Part shown: in pieces, positions 25,959 through 35,746 of the stretch | Numbering within the stretch: the stretch's first letter is position 1 | Layout of the letters: every line of letters begins with the position of its first letter | IMG/VR virus record: IMGVR_UViG_3300045970_000131 | Location: 1-57,393 of that record | Direction: 5' to 3' (one strand) | Origin: a virus | Taxonomy: Duplodnaviria > Caudoviricetes | DNA length: 57,393 nt | Translations under genes and position numbers: made by a program | The notes under the pieces: generated by a model | Told to the model about the DNA's origin: nothing | The model's database searches: none | Seen by the model: the letters and a program-made list of their open reading frames with translations, nothing else

Positions 25959-28094
25959 TTACACAAGCGCATCTAGGAAGCTTAAATATCGCTCATTTGC
26001 TGGCCAGTATTGCAAATCAGGGAATAGCGTTAGAATCTGTGCATCAGACAATCCCATCCAACGTGCGAATGTCGCTCCATATTGATAAACCGATGTAGAA
26101 GGAACTAAAATATTTCCTGCCAAATCTGGCCCAGTTGCGCTATATGACGGTATATTTCCGTAAATTTTATTACCACGAACAGACTTGCCAAATACAAATT
26201 GGTGCCCACCCCATGCATGGTCAGTACCAGCATTATTTGACGTGAATGTTCGTCCAAACTCAGATATTGTAAATGTTACAACATCAGCATCTTGAATACG
26301 GCTAACGATACTATTGAAATAACTGAGTACGTCATTTAAGCATCCAAGGTTTGAATGGTTCGCAAATGTGTGTGAATCCCATGCAACATTAGGTGAGCCA
26401 GTATATAAAACCTGTCTATCAAGATTGATAAGCTTAAATTTAGTAGCGACATTGCTCAACAATGTAGTTGCAGTAGTATTGATAGTGAATGATGTAGTAT
26501 TTGGCACAGAAACTACTTGATACCCTGTAGTTGGTGATGAAGAATCTAATCCTGTCGCTGTCAAGTACACCTTGTTTAAAACTGTTAAGTTATGTTTTAA
26601 CTGAATGTTTACTGGCACGTTTACTAATGCTGTAGTGTCTGTCCCTGTCAATGTGAATGCATTATCCTCATTGCCCTCTACAAGTGTTATTTTATAGCCA
26701 TTTGCTGGTGGCGCTGCATCAATTGTTGCACCAGTAGTTGTCACCAGTACGCTATCAGATAAGTCAGATGTACTCGTACCTGAAGTAAACAAGCCATGAC
26801 CATTTGATGTGATGGTCATCACTGCTGATCCTGCTGTACGGTTTGCAACCCCTGTCGTGACCTGAGTGGTAATCGTAGCTACATTTGAGGCTGCAGCACG
26901 TGACATTGTTGCGCCGCGATTTGGGTTATTAGCCAAAATCATACGAGCCAATGTTTTCATTCCGCTTGCCCATGTTGATGCATTAAATGCCATCGATCCA
27001 ACAATGTTATATGCAATAGCAGGCGGATCAGTCAGGTTGATCACATTACCCATGATGTTTTGGAAGTCATTACCTTGTTGCGCTGTTGGTGTGAATGACT
27101 CAGTAAAATCACTTGTAAGCGGGTTTGTTGTCGTAGCTTGGATAAATAAGGCTTTTAATGCAGTTTGCACTCCGCCTGATTCAGCAGTAAAGTTTCCAGC
27201 ACCATCAGGCATCTTACGGATCAATCCTGATGATGATACATTAAATACTTTTGCTGTGCTTCCTGCTGAGAATGCAGGGCGACCTGATGCAGATACAGAA
27301 GCAATCTGTGGATTAGGGCCAGATAATCCAGCAAGTATCTGATCAGCGATTCCACCACCCCACCCTTTAGTTGCACCTTCAGGCGCATTACTATGCCAAG
27401 TTGTAGTTTGGTCATTGTGTGATGTAAGCTGTGCTGGATATTGCTGTGAGTTTGCTGCTGTAATAACACCGTTACCGATAGCATCAACATCTAGGTTAAA
27501 GATACCGCCATTTGTGCCAGATTTGTAAGTCTTACGGCGAAGTGGGCCAATATTAGAAATTACCAAGCCTTTAACCTTAGATGCATTACCTGCATTGTCT
27601 GGAACATTAATTACATCACTCAAGAATGGTAATGCAGGGTGGAATGCTGGATCACGACCAGATGCTACTGATTCGTTTATTTTAAATTGCTGCGTGTTTT
27701 TTGCATCAATTTGCAGATTGCCTAAATATGTACCTGAATAAGTAACATCACCAAAGCTTATTGTTTCAGTTGCTGTAGAAAAAGCATTTCCTGTCAGCGT
27801 AACAGTATTGGCCCCTACTGCACTAATCTTTAAGCGTCTTTGTGCAGGTAAATTAGGTGAGTACACTAATTGCCCTACAGCTAAACTGGTAACATCAGCC
27901 AATCCAGTAATTACATTTGAATCTTTGGTTAGCGTACCTGATTTAGTAACGGCATTGGTATAAGTTAATATATTTGATGCTGCTAGTGCACGTGCGGTTT
28001 GAATTTCAGAAACGCTAGCTGAATCTCGCGCAGACATAAAGTTAAATGCATCCATGCCCCCGCCTAAGTCAACACAAACTAATATTTTAGACAT
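25959..28094 (-). CDS. DUF1501-family protein with inserted tail-like beta domains
   Basis: LVCVDLGGGMDAFN, SHNDQ, GWGG, WDSH, SEFGRT..SN..GTDHAWGG, PSTSVYQYGATFARWMG; no Tat leader. Confidence 0.85.
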   Translation of the reverse strand: MSKILVCVDLGGGMDAFNFMSARDSASVSEIQTARALAASNILTYTNAVTKSGTLTKDSNVITGLADVTSLAVGQLVYSPNLPAQRRLKISAVGANTVTLTGNAFSTATETISFGDVTYSGTYLGNLQIDAKNTQQFKINESVASGRDPAFHPALPFLSDVINVPDNAGNASKVKGLVISNIGPLRRKTYKSGTNGGIFNLDVDAIGNGVITAANSQQYPAQLTSHNDQTTTWHSNAPEGATKGWGGGIADQILAGLSGPNPQIASVSASGRPAFSAGSTAKVFNVSSSGLIRKMPDGAGNFTAESGGVQTALKALFIQATTTNPLTSDFTESFTPTAQQGNDFQNIMGNVINLTDPPAIAYNIVGSMAFNASTWASGMKTLARMILANNPNRGATMSRAAASNVATITTQVTTGVANRTAGSAVMTITSNGHGLFTSGTSTSDLSDSVLVTTTGATIDAAPPANGYKITLVEGNEDNAFTLTGTDTTALVNVPVNIQLKHNLTVLNKVYLTATGLDSSSPTTGYQVVSVPNTTSFTINTTATTLLSNVATKFKLINLDRQVLYTGSPNVAWDSHTFANHSNLGCLNDVLSYFNSIVSRIQDADVVTFTISEFGRTFTSNNAGTDHAWGGHQFVFGKSVRGNKIYGNIPSYSATGPDLAGNILVPSTSVYQYGATFARWMGLSDAQILTLFPDLQYWPANERYLSFLDALV

Positions 28095-28105
28095 TTGTTA
28101 ATCCC

Positions 28106-30643
28106 TTATCGTTGAATGCAAAATTCCGGTGATGCAAGCAATATAGCTAACATCACACGTGCGCGTTTTTGTTGTAGCGTGCCTACCCAATTAAGATAGT
28201 GTCCAGCTACTGATGCATCGCCAGTCAATCTTGGTGATTCAGCTGCTGTTACTGTATTTGCTGCACTAATCATTAAAGCTTTAATCTCGGATGATATTGC
28301 GCTACTCATTAGCTTGTCCTGCAAGTAGTTAATGATTGCGTCATACTCTGCATCTGCTGGTGTTGCTGTTGCTGGTGCTGTGTTTGCAAGCTTGTAGAAA
28401 AGAGTAATATGCGGGAACCCACGATGTTGAACACTTCCGCCACCGTCTCTAACTTTTGAGTACGCGAGCCCTGCTGTTGGGAAAATTGCCATTGGTGCTA
28501 CGTCAAGAATATCACCTACTTGCATATCGCTTAGGCTTGCTCCATATCCAATATTGATAACCCTTGCACCAGAACCCATGCCAGCTGTAACTTCTGTAGC
28601 CCATTGGTAGTTAAAAAACTTATTATCACGTCTACGTGTAAAGACTACTCGATTGCCGCCACTCCAATAGTTGTTGTTTCCATCAAGTGAAGCAAAGTTA
28701 GATGCTCGCGTGCAACTACAGACTATTGCTACCCCAACATTAACTGCTGTAACTGTAAGGGCCATTGTAGTTAGATCAAGTCCAGGCATTTTAGACCACC
28801 CACCACGCGGATCTAATATGTCACCTATTCCTGGCAATGAGTAGTTATATTGCGCAGATGTTGTATTACATGACATACAAACAAGGTTGAACCACATGAT
28901 TTGCTGTTCTGCTGATAGCAATTGCAATTCTGGCGCAGTTAAATTCAAGTCACCAAGCTTTGTACTTGGTGGAACATAGCCAGGTCTATAGAAGTTAAAC
29001 ACTGATGATGAAGCCATCGGATATACTGGCGCATAGTGTGATGTGCAGCATGCATAGTCTAAAAGTGTGCGAGGCTTTGTAAAATACGGAAAAGTATTTG
29101 CAGTTAGCATACTTAGTTCATTGTCTGCATAGGTAGAAATAATATCATCACGAAATGCACGTATAACCCGTAATAAACGATCAGTAATAGTAGTGTAACG
29201 GCCAAAATTGTTTGGGTTCACTGCATACGGAACGATTGCTTCACGGTCTAAAAAGATTGCCTTAGCTACTGCAGATAGATCACCACGTACACCATTGCCA
29301 TTGTCTGCAAACTTTAATGCCACACGTTTAACATAATCTGGACTTGGGTTAGAAGTAACCAAAAGTTTGATTAATGCTGTTGCGATGAATGGTGGAACGT
29401 TTGGATGCGCGAACACATAGTCTAATGCAAACTCGATAGACTCTTTAACATTACCGAGTGCATAAATTCTTGTGCCAGTAGTCAGGCCATGCGCTGTCTT
29501 ATTAACAGTTACAAGGTCTGGTGTTGCTGTATTCCACAGCATATCAGCATCGTATCGAGTACCAGTAAAGTTGTTACCTAAACGATATGAGAATGGAACA
29601 TCCTTGTTAGTAAAGTTATGTCCAGAGGTAATAGCAAATGTAAAGCTATTGGCATTCACGACTGTAATGACATATCCAGCTTTGTTTGGTAGCCACTCGG
29701 GGGCACCAGCTGCTGCAAGCTGAGCAGGGAATATTACTTTGCTAGCACCAGGGTATGCAAACAAGGTTTTAGCAGCACTTTCGTGCTCAACCGCCCCTGT
29801 ATAACCGAATCGTGGGCCTGAATCTGGATAGCACCCATAGCGTTCAGATGCAGCAACACCATCATCATTTAAAACAGCCTTTTCATAGCCTGCACGCAGA
29901 CCAGTAAAGAATGGTGCAAACGCTGGAATATCCTCGGCAACATATGTGTCAACTGGTATTCCGTTACTATCAAGGACGTATGTACCGTCCATATTCATAA
30001 CTTTTAGGCCAATTGTGAACAGTTGAAGAATCTCCCTTGCGTAATTTTCATCTGGATGAGCTGATCCATAAGCCTTTGTATTGTTGTTGTACGTCAACCA
30101 TTTTGACATTGCGTGCGTATATGTCACATCAGATAGTAACTGTCTAAATGTCGATGTGTTGTTTGACTGTGTTGCAGTGACTAAGCGCTGGTAGAATCCA
30201 GTTGCTTCGCCTTGACCGACTGCTGCACCATTCATCGCAAATATTTGCGACAACGCCCATGCAAGTTTGAATCTTACCTGAGCCGTGCTGTGAACCGCAG
30301 AACCCCACCACCATGCATTTAAGTTCCCCATAAGCGGCAATGATCCAGATGTCACTTGTCCAAATGCATTAGTCTCTACGTTTACAATGCTTGTATCAGC
30401 AAACTGTGCGTCTAGCCATGCAGAGTAGGTAGATGCCATTAACTCCGTAGCCTCGTCTGTTTCACCAGCTAGCGGAACGATTGCAGTCTTAGTTGATGCA
30501 GCAATGTCAGTTCGTGGTGCACCTGCACCAAACCCAACCAATGCCAGCCAGCGGTTAGCCTGAAATCTATTTTGCGGCTTAGTGAAGGTGGCTTGGGTTA
30601 GATCAAATGTTTTATTGCGTATAAGGCTAGTTGATTTACCCAT
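28106..30643 (-). CDS. DUF1800-family protein with inserted beta domains
   Basis: PDENYAREILQLFTIGL, PFI...LVTSNPSPDYVKRVA, SVFNFYRPGY, APELQL, LASPEF; start set at the TAATG overlap (30643) with GGAG SD. Confidence 0.85.
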   Translation of the reverse strand: MGKSTSLIRNKTFDLTQATFTKPQNRFQANRWLALVGFGAGAPRTDIAASTKTAIVPLAGETDEATELMASTYSAWLDAQFADTSIVNVETNAFGQVTSGSLPLMGNLNAWWWGSAVHSTAQVRFKLAWALSQIFAMNGAAVGQGEATGFYQRLVTATQSNNTSTFRQLLSDVTYTHAMSKWLTYNNNTKAYGSAHPDENYAREILQLFTIGLKVMNMDGTYVLDSNGIPVDTYVAEDIPAFAPFFTGLRAGYEKAVLNDDGVAASERYGCYPDSGPRFGYTGAVEHESAAKTLFAYPGASKVIFPAQLAAAGAPEWLPNKAGYVITVVNANSFTFAITSGHNFTNKDVPFSYRLGNNFTGTRYDADMLWNTATPDLVTVNKTAHGLTTGTRIYALGNVKESIEFALDYVFAHPNVPPFIATALIKLLVTSNPSPDYVKRVALKFADNGNGVRGDLSAVAKAIFLDREAIVPYAVNPNNFGRYTTITDRLLRVIRAFRDDIISTYADNELSMLTANTFPYFTKPRTLLDYACCTSHYAPVYPMASSSVFNFYRPGYVPPSTKLGDLNLTAPELQLLSAEQQIMWFNLVCMSCNTTSAQYNYSLPGIGDILDPRGGWSKMPGLDLTTMALTVTAVNVGVAIVCSCTRASNFASLDGNNNYWSGGNRVVFTRRRDNKFFNYQWATEVTAGMGSGARVINIGYGASLSDMQVGDILDVAPMAIFPTAGLAYSKVRDGGGSVQHRGFPHITLFYKLANTAPATATPADAEYDAIINYLQDKLMSSAISSEIKALMISAANTVTAAESPRLTGDASVAGHYLNWVGTLQQKRARVMLAILLASPEFCIQR

Positions 30644-31566
30644 TATTGCATGCTCCAAGTATTAGCGCCTACGCGGTGGAAGCGCTGTGTAACGTATTGA
30701 AGTGAAGTTGGTGCACCAGCATAGTTGTTGATCGTCACACCAGCACTTCCGGCGACATCTGCACGGCCTGCGCCTTTTTGGTAGATTGCAATTTCAACGT
30801 TGCTATTTCCAGTTAAACCTAGTATTGCATCAGTTGGGATCGTGAAGCTTCCAACACTTGCTGAGTTATAAACCAATAAGACAGGTGCAGCATTCGAGCT
30901 CAAATCAGCTGTTGCTAGTGGTCTACCTGCTATGATGTCAGCTGAGTAAGCTGGCGCTGTTACGCTTCCGCCACCGCCGCCTGCACCATTGGCACCGTTT
31001 ACTACATTAATTAATGTAGTAGTCGAATCTGTATAGGTAATTGTGTAAGTATCAGTAGTTCCAGCTGCACCAGTACCAGCTGTTCGCACAAAGCTTACGA
31101 TTCCTCGTCCAGCAGCTCCTGCCGCCCCTGCTGCGCCAGCGGCACCTGCTGCACCCGCCGTACCAGCTACACCCTGAATACCTTGTACTCCTGCTGCACC
31201 AGCGGCACCAGTTGTACCCTTGATGTTTGCTACAACACTATAAGCACCAGCAGCCTTCTGATAAACATCACCGCTTGCCGAGTTAAGTGCAAAGTCACCA
31301 TTAATACCCAAGCTTGCAGCTGGAGCTCCATTTGTCACTCGCCATACTGAACCCGCCGTACCCGCACCTACTGCATTGATCGCAGCCTGAAGGTTTGCTG
31401 TTGTAAGTTGAAGGTCTGTAATTTCAGCCTTTGCTGTAGTGATCGCCGCTTTGATTGCCGTAAAAGCTGCAATGAAAGTTGCTTTAAGCACCTTCCCCAC
31501 ATTTACGCCCGTAGCCTCAGCGGGTAGTGATGGATCGATGTTGCCGTCATTAATGTTACTTGCCAT
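30643..31566 (-). CDS. Collagen-like fibre protein
   Basis: N-terminal anchor/coiled coil, GAP....G.NGDF motif, Gly-X-Y run, C-terminal QKGAG...VGANTW beta domain. Confidence 0.8.
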   Translation of the reverse strand: MASNINDGNIDPSLPAEATGVNVGKVLKATFIAAFTAIKAAITTAKAEITDLQLTTANLQAAINAVGAGTAGSVWRVTNGAPAASLGINGDFALNSASGDVYQKAAGAYSVVANIKGTTGAAGAAGVQGIQGVAGTAGAAGAAGAAGAAGAAGRGIVSFVRTAGTGAAGTTDTYTITYTDSTTTLINVVNGANGAGGGGGSVTAPAYSADIIAGRPLATADLSSNAAPVLLVYNSASVGSFTIPTDAILGLTGNSNVEIAIYQKGAGRADVAGSAGVTINNYAGAPTSLQYVTQRFHRVGANTWSMQ

Positions 31567-31577
31567 GTTATATGCTC

Positions 31578-32054
31578 CTAGATAGTTTCAAAATCGGTTA
31601 AAAATGCAAAGAAAGTGCTGCTTGTGGTTGATTCTGCTGTTTCAAAGTCTGTTAAGAATGATAGAAAGCCTGTAGATACTGTGTTTGTTACATCTGCTGT
31701 ATCAAAATCGGTTAAAAATGATAAAAATCCACCAGTAGAAGTGCTAGTTACTGCTGCATCTGAAGTTGAAAAGTCAGTATCAAATGCCAAGAACCCACCC
31801 AATACTTGTATAACACCGCCAATTCCTGCCAATGCTGCAGCAATCATTGCCTGCACCTGATCGATAGTTGCAATCTCAGTGACTGGATTTAGAATGTCGA
31901 ATGCATCTGGCTTTGTTTCAAAAAAATCCAGATTATCCGTGCGTACGATGTAAATATTGCCTGGTGCCATCGCTACCCAGTTGTTAAGCCAGTCATTTGC
32001 ATGACATTCAATCTTCGCTCTTACTTTGTGGTACTCAGTAGCCATGTTTAACAC
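31578..32054 (-). CDS. Hypothetical protein with four F-[LF]-x-F-x-T-D-F repeats
   Basis: FLAFDTDF, FLSFLTDF (twice), FFAFLTDF separated by S/T-rich spacers. Confidence 0.7.
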   Translation of the reverse strand: MLNMATEYHKVRAKIECHANDWLNNWVAMAPGNIYIVRTDNLDFFETKPDAFDILNPVTEIATIDQVQAMIAAALAGIGGVIQVLGGFLAFDTDFSTSDAAVTSTSTGGFLSFLTDFDTADVTNTVSTGFLSFLTDFETAESTTSSTFFAFLTDFETI

Positions 32055-32056
32055 CC

Positions 32057-32081
32057 ATAAAAAAACCCGCCGAAGCGAGTT
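32057..32081 (-). terminator. Rho-independent terminator after TerL
   Basis: AACTCGCTTCGGCGGG followed by a T run. Confidence 0.65.
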
Positions 32082-32087
32082 GTTTGT

Positions 32088-32870
32088 TTATCCTGCACGC
32101 CAGTTATATGGCCTTCGTGATGATGAATCTGATTTTTTAGGCTCTACAATTGCATACCTAAGCATCATCATTCCGTATCGTGTCGCTGATAGTAAGTCAT
32201 CAGCAAGCTTGACTATCACTCCCTCTTTACGGTGATACAAGCGGTACTCTTCAAACCATTCATTCAAGTGCTTGAACACTTTGAACCTACCTGTTGCCAT
32301 ACGGGTAAGCATTTCCTGAATGCCTGCCTCAACACTCACAATCGATGTAAGCGGATCACCGTCTGTCGTAGGCAAGAATTGCGCATGCTCATGCAGCATG
32401 TTGACCTTTTCATGTCGGTACTGCTCGGCTACCTGATGGCCAGACATTGCATCTTTCACTTGGTAGCCATCATGTGGCCATGCCACAGGAATCCAGTCGC
32501 CACGCGCTCGAATTGAGCTGGCAATCGTAGGGATGAGCGTTTGTCTTACGCGGTAACAGTCATATACATATAGCGTGTCACTGTCTCTATCCCATGCGAT
32601 CCATGCATTCGCGTTTGGGTGATCCCAGCCAAAGTCCATGCCACAAATGCGCGGCCAGTGTGCAGGGATTGCAAACGGCTCACACGTCAAGTCTTCCTCT
32701 TTTACAGGGAATACAGCACCAGAACCCAGCGCAGGCAGCCCCTTAGAACGTGCATCACGTAAATGTGCTGGCGTTGCATCGTAAAGTTCTTTCTTGGTCT
32801 TCTCATCCAAGTGAGGCACATCGTTCCAGCCAGCCATCACAAGGTATTTGGTATCACTTACTCTTGGCAT
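32088..32870 (-). CDS. terL: Terminase large subunit, C-terminal nuclease part
   Basis: WNDVPHL, GMDFGWDHP, WPHDG, DDLLSATRY (P22-like TerL). Confidence 0.9.
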   Translation of the reverse strand: MPRVSDTKYLVMAGWNDVPHLDEKTKKELYDATPAHLRDARSKGLPALGSGAVFPVKEEDLTCEPFAIPAHWPRICGMDFGWDHPNANAWIAWDRDSDTLYVYDCYRVRQTLIPTIASSIRARGDWIPVAWPHDGYQVKDAMSGHQVAEQYRHEKVNMLHEHAQFLPTTDGDPLTSIVSVEAGIQEMLTRMATGRFKVFKHLNEWFEEYRLYHRKEGVIVKLADDLLSATRYGMMMLRYAIVEPKKSDSSSRRPYNWRAG

Positions 32871-33614
32871 TTATGAAACCTTTTGAATGCCATTGGGCAG
32901 GAATGTTTGTACCATTTCAGTGACACCCTCTAGCGGGGTGAATGTCGTAAATATGATCCCTTTTGTCGTGGCGGTACGGATCAAGCACTCGCCGTAAATC
33001 TCTAGCGGTGGTTCCTCATCCAACCAGATGACATACTGTTCGGTACCCTCGAATGATCCACGGCCTTGCTGATATGACTTTAGGCCCAGCGTAGACCACT
33101 CACCGCTTACATGCTTTATTTGAGCCGTATCGATGAGGTCTTGCACGCCCTGCTTCCAAGTCAGCTTGCCAATGCAGTCAAACGGAATCAGACCAGTACC
33201 ATCAACACCCTTAGCACCGCTTTCGTAGGTGATCTTGCCAAATAGCTTGGCCTGCACGATGTCACGTGTCGTTTCATTAGTTTTACCGGCTGCCCATGCA
33301 GTGATCGGATCGGTAAACACTTTACCTTCCCACCAATGCGGGTAATTGCCAGTGAGGTGCAATGTTGTTTCATACCCACCAGCGCCTTCAGTCTTACCAA
33401 TGCGGTTTGCTGCCATGAATAGGCGCTCAAGGTAGTCTGCCCCAGCTTTGAAGAATTCCATATGCTTAGGATAGAGCTCACGCCTTAACGGGCCATCATC
33501 AGGGTACATGCCCTCAATCTTCTTGCGTTTAAGCCTGATAACCTTCTGTTCAATCAGTTCCAGCAACTCCAACTTTTCCGAGTAGGTAAGTGAGTCGGTT
33601 ATCAAGCTGCTCAT
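32871..33614 (-). CDS. terL: Terminase large subunit, N-terminal ATPase part
   Basis: Walker A AANRIGKT, Walker B WLDEEPP, coupling motif TFTP. Confidence 0.9.
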   Translation of the reverse strand: MSSLITDSLTYSEKLELLELIEQKVIRLKRKKIEGMYPDDGPLRRELYPKHMEFFKAGADYLERLFMAANRIGKTEGAGGYETTLHLTGNYPHWWEGKVFTDPITAWAAGKTNETTRDIVQAKLFGKITYESGAKGVDGTGLIPFDCIGKLTWKQGVQDLIDTAQIKHVSGEWSTLGLKSYQQGRGSFEGTEQYVIWLDEEPPLEIYGECLIRTATTKGIIFTTFTPLEGVTEMVQTFLPNGIQKVS

Positions 33615-34245
33615 TGGTTAATTCCGCATTTGGTTTCGTGGGTAGAATCTCATTCATGCCATAGGCTTCACGCTCAATAGTGACAAGATTCTTTAATGCA
33701 GTAGACAGATCACGCATCGTGCTGGCCCTGCTTGGCAATGACACTGCCTTTAACATTGCATTGCGGCGCAAGATGTTTTTGTCACCGCTAGTTGCATCAA
33801 TGATTGCATTCTCGATGTCATCTAGGTTTTCAGTAGTGCTTTGCAGCTCAGCGAATAGAATGTTTGCAATGTTACGGCTTGCATTGATGTCTTTACGATG
33901 TGACATTTGCACCGATGCAACCAGCTGTGCATTGGTTTCAACTACTTCATCATCGGTAAGCTTGTGATGCTTGTGCGTACCCTTTTTTGTGCTAACTGCG
34001 TACTGCGTACCACTCTTTTGCGTACTCCTGCTATCACGCACAATGTTCGCTGTCTGTTCAGCAACCTTACGGCTTGCAGCATGTTTCACTGCGCTCTTGA
34101 GGTCTTTAGTCCAGCCATGGGATTTAATCTTCTTGCGTATCGCACCTTCACTCACGCCGTACTTATCCGCGATGGCTCTGTTTGAGAGAATGCCTGCACG
34201 GTAGTCACCCTGCACGTGTTCCCACTGTTCTTCGGTTAGCTGCAT
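33550..34245 (-). CDS. terS: Terminase small subunit
   Basis: N-terminal HTH (YRAG.LS.RAIA..YGVSEGAIRK...GW), EREAYG; overlaps the terL start. Confidence 0.8.
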   Translation of the reverse strand: MQLTEEQWEHVQGDYRAGILSNRAIADKYGVSEGAIRKKIKSHGWTKDLKSAVKHAASRKVAEQTANIVRDSRSTQKSGTQYAVSTKKGTHKHHKLTDDEVVETNAQLVASVQMSHRKDINASRNIANILFAELQSTTENLDDIENAIIDATSGDKNILRRNAMLKAVSLPSRASTMRDLSTALKNLVTIEREAYGMNEILPTKPNAELTNEQLDNRLTYLLGKVGVAGTD

Positions 34246-34249
34246 GTAA

Positions 34250-34501
34250 CTACTCTAAAGTGATCTTATCGCCACAGATGCGGCCATGAAGCGGGTTTAC
34301 TTTGTCCTTGTCGAAAATACTCAACGCATCAAACTTAAAACACATGCCATCACGCTTGGTATGCACCTCAGTGAGCTCTGCATCGTATAACTTTGACTGA
34401 GCCTTAGCTTCTGTCTGTGCAATCTCATAGACTGGCTTGGTAGTTGCCATGGCTTCGATGGTTGGGAAGATCAATGCTAGTGCTAATGTAAGTTTTTTCA
34501 T
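34250..34501 (-). CDS. Hypothetical secreted protein
   Basis: Signal-peptide-like N-terminus; ATGA overlap with Rz. Confidence 0.55.
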   Translation of the reverse strand: MKKLTLALALIFPTIEAMATTKPVYEIAQTEAKAQSKLYDAELTEVHTKRDGMCFKFDALSIFDKDKVNPLHGRICGDKITLE

Positions 34502-35103
34502 GGCGCGTCATCCGTAAAGTGAATAGGTTGATTGTGCTGATCGTAAATAGCTTTTAGTTGCGTGATGCAGGATCGGTAGTCTTTGACTTCGTAGAGGATT
34601 GCAGCTTCGATTGGACTAACTCTGCTGCTGGCTCCATCATGCTGTTCTGTGGGAAGTTGCAACATGCTGGTAGCGCATCCTTCTCTGGCGCTATCTTTAC
34701 CACTTGAGGCTTGCAGGCGGTTAAGGCCATCAAGCACATTGTTACGAGAAACAAGCATTTCATTACTTGATTTGAGCGCATCATTCAGTTCCTTTTTAGT
34801 CTGTTCACGGGTAATACCAAGCTTGCTTAACTCATCCTCTTGGGCTTTAACCTTGTTGTCCTGTGCGTTGATAACTTCATTGGCAATAGCTAAGCGTGCA
34901 TCTGCCTCAGCTTTGGCTGCATCATGGGCGGCATCTATTTTATCCTTGAAGGCTGTTAAGTCTTTCTCAGCCTTGGCTTGTTTAGATTCAGCGGCAACCT
35001 TTCCAGCGTGTTCATACTTACCGTAAGCGCCAAGGCCAGAAATTAGAACTATAACCGCGATGTATGGAGCTGCTTTCAACCAAATAAATTGATCAAACAT
35101 CAT
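34498..35103 (-). CDS. Rz: Inner-membrane spanin (Rz-like)
   Basis: N-terminal TM plus coiled coil, after endolysin. Confidence 0.8.
   Translation of the reverse strand: MMFDQFIWLKAAPYIAVIVLISGLGAYGKYEHAGKVAAESKQAKAEKDLTAFKDKIDAAHDAAKAEADARLAIANEVINAQDNKVKAQEDELSKLGITREQTKKELNDALKSSNEMLVSRNNVLDGLNRLQASSGKDSAREGCATSMLQLPTEQHDGASSRVSPIEAAILYEVKDYRSCITQLKAIYDQHNQPIHFTDDAP
34554..34763 (-). CDS. Rz1: Outer-membrane spanin lipoprotein (Rz1-like), nested in Rz
   Basis: MKCLFLVTMCLMALTAC lipobox, Pro/Cys-containing, embedded in the +1 frame. Confidence 0.75.
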   Translation of the reverse strand: MKCLFLVTMCLMALTACKPQVVKIAPEKDALPACCNFPQNSMMEPAAELVQSKLQSSTKSKTTDPASRN

Positions 35104-35510
35104 CCTGCCCTCATCATGTCAGCTAAGCGTTTAGCTCGATCACCAACTTGGCGAGCCCATAGTGATTGAAGCATGCCATCTGCGGCCTTGTCGTATTGAC
35201 CTGTCCTCATGAAAGCCAGCGTGTTTTTGAACTCCAAAACTTTATCCATGCCCATGTTGAACGTCATATTGGCTATAACTCGTTGACGCGCATCTGTCAT
35301 CTGTGTCCACCAAGGCAAGCTAACATTAAGCTGAGAAATTACATCGTCAATGTCGTTAGATAGCAACATATCAATCTCGCTATCAGATAAACCATTGTCG
35401 GTAAGGTTACGACCTACACCTATTGAAATCTTTCCAACAGTGTCTGTGTATGGCTTTTTCTTACGGTTTTCATCTATAGTTAGCTGGTCTTTAAGCTTTT
35501 GAATATTCAT
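35100..35510 (-). CDS. Endolysin, GH24 (T4-type) lysozyme
   Basis: E...Y.DT.G...IGVGRNL and FNMG...SLWARQVGDRA motifs. Confidence 0.92.
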   Translation of the reverse strand: MNIQKLKDQLTIDENRKKKPYTDTVGKISIGVGRNLTDNGLSDSEIDMLLSNDIDDVISQLNVSLPWWTQMTDARQRVIANMTFNMGMDKVLEFKNTLAFMRTGQYDKAADGMLQSLWARQVGDRAKRLADMMRAG

Positions 35511-35746
35511 TTATCATCACTCCTTGAGTCTGCATAAACCTTGAACACAAAGCCTTGTAACACTGAGATTGGTGCAGTAACGGCGGCAATGATTAGCGCC
35601 ACCTCAGTACCCGTCTTTGGAGTCGTTGTAGCGAACTCTGCAGCCCATTTAAAAGCTGCCCATGTCATCCATACTGTCACGTACAAAACACCCGAGCGAA
35701 CTGATATGAAGCTGCGTTTATCGCACCAAGCAATAAAACCTTTCAT
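35507..35746 (-). CDS. Putative holin (2 TM)
   Basis: Two hydrophobic helices, charged C-terminus, directly upstream of endolysin. Confidence 0.6.
   Translation of the reverse strand: MKGFIAWCDKRSFISVRSGVLYVTVWMTWAAFKWAAEFATTTPKTGTEVALIIAAVTAPISVLQGFVFKVYADSRSDDK

Noticed and set aside
32868-32873. Stop-codon recoding explaining the TerL split
   Set aside because: TAA ends many normal genes here, and an ATG with an SD-like sequence follows
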